Of a stretch of 64,000 nt of DNA, positions 63,751 to 64,000 are shown piece after piece (position 1 is the first letter of the stretch; the number at the start of each line of letters is the position of its first letter). The translations under genes and the position numbers were made by a program. The notes beneath the pieces were generated by a model, which saw nothing but the letters and a program-made list of their open reading frames with translations, was not told the origin of the DNA and did not search any database. This stretch comes from Neoconidiobolus thromboides FSU 785. Taxonomy: Eukaryota > Fungi > Entomophthoromycota. Location: NCBI GenBank assembly GCA_025603075.1, contig MU626297.1, positions 62,001-126,000 on the forward strand, written 5' to 3'.

Positions 63751-64000
63751 ATGAGTTTAATCTCAATACCATTCTTTTATACTTTTAGAGTCTTTAAAAA
63801 GTATCCAAAATTTACCTTTTTATTCGTTAGTATACCATTAGCATTACTATCTATAATGATAATAATAAGTATCGAGTATAGTAAATATGGCCAAAGATGG
63901 AGACTTGTGTTCAATAACGAAAAGAGTGAAGTCAAAGAAATCAAGGATTTATTTGATAAATATAGACCCAATTTAAACATAAACTATGATATTGTTACTG
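63751..64000 (+). CDS. 5' part of a probable type II membrane protein, truncated by the window edge
   Basis: Open frame from ATG 63751 to the end with no stop: MSLISIPFFYTFRVFKKYPKFTFLFVSIPLALLSIMIIISIEYSKYGQRWRLVF... Basic residues precede one hydrophobic helix. Confidence 0.45.
   Translation, partial: MSLISIPFFYTFRVFKKYPKFTFLFVSIPLALLSIMIIISIEYSKYGQRWRLVFNNEKSEVKEIKDLFDKYRPNLNINYDIVT

Overview
Very AT-rich, intron-rich eukaryotic DNA in the standard genetic code, with short GT-AG introns and many (AAT)n/poly-Asn tracts. The gene content, low GC and the divergent class-A-like GPCR point to an early-diverging fungus, probably Entomophthoromycotina (Conidiobolus/Neoconidiobolus-like); this is inference only. 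I spliced about 28 genes by eye: PXMP4, UBC4, NDE1, CSN7, CSL4, an ABHD/YheT hydrolase, GRX3/4, PIG-H, a BED-finger/hAT-derived protein, URB2, NOP16, GPATCH4/TMA23, RAB3GAP1, TAF3, MEMO1, HROB, a two-CDGSH NEET protein, a DUF4436-like membrane protein, TERT, ASCC2/CUE3, an LRR protein, acetyl-CoA synthetase, MRPL1, TLS1/C9orf78, ERG1, a divergent MYST acetyltransferase, a GPCR and a partial ORF at the right edge. Genes lie in tight head-to-head and tail-to-tail blocks, separated by gene-poor spacers that carry a ~100-bp MITE-like repeat (8 copies). The most notable items are a pentameric-ligand-gated-channel-like (Pro-loop) membrane protein, a catalytically dead four-BED-finger domesticated hAT transposase, a metazoan-type TAF3 with a PHD finger, and HROB with an SQ/TQ cluster. 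No tRNA, rRNA or CRISPR array was seen. All family calls come from motif recognition without database searches, and exon boundaries are manual.
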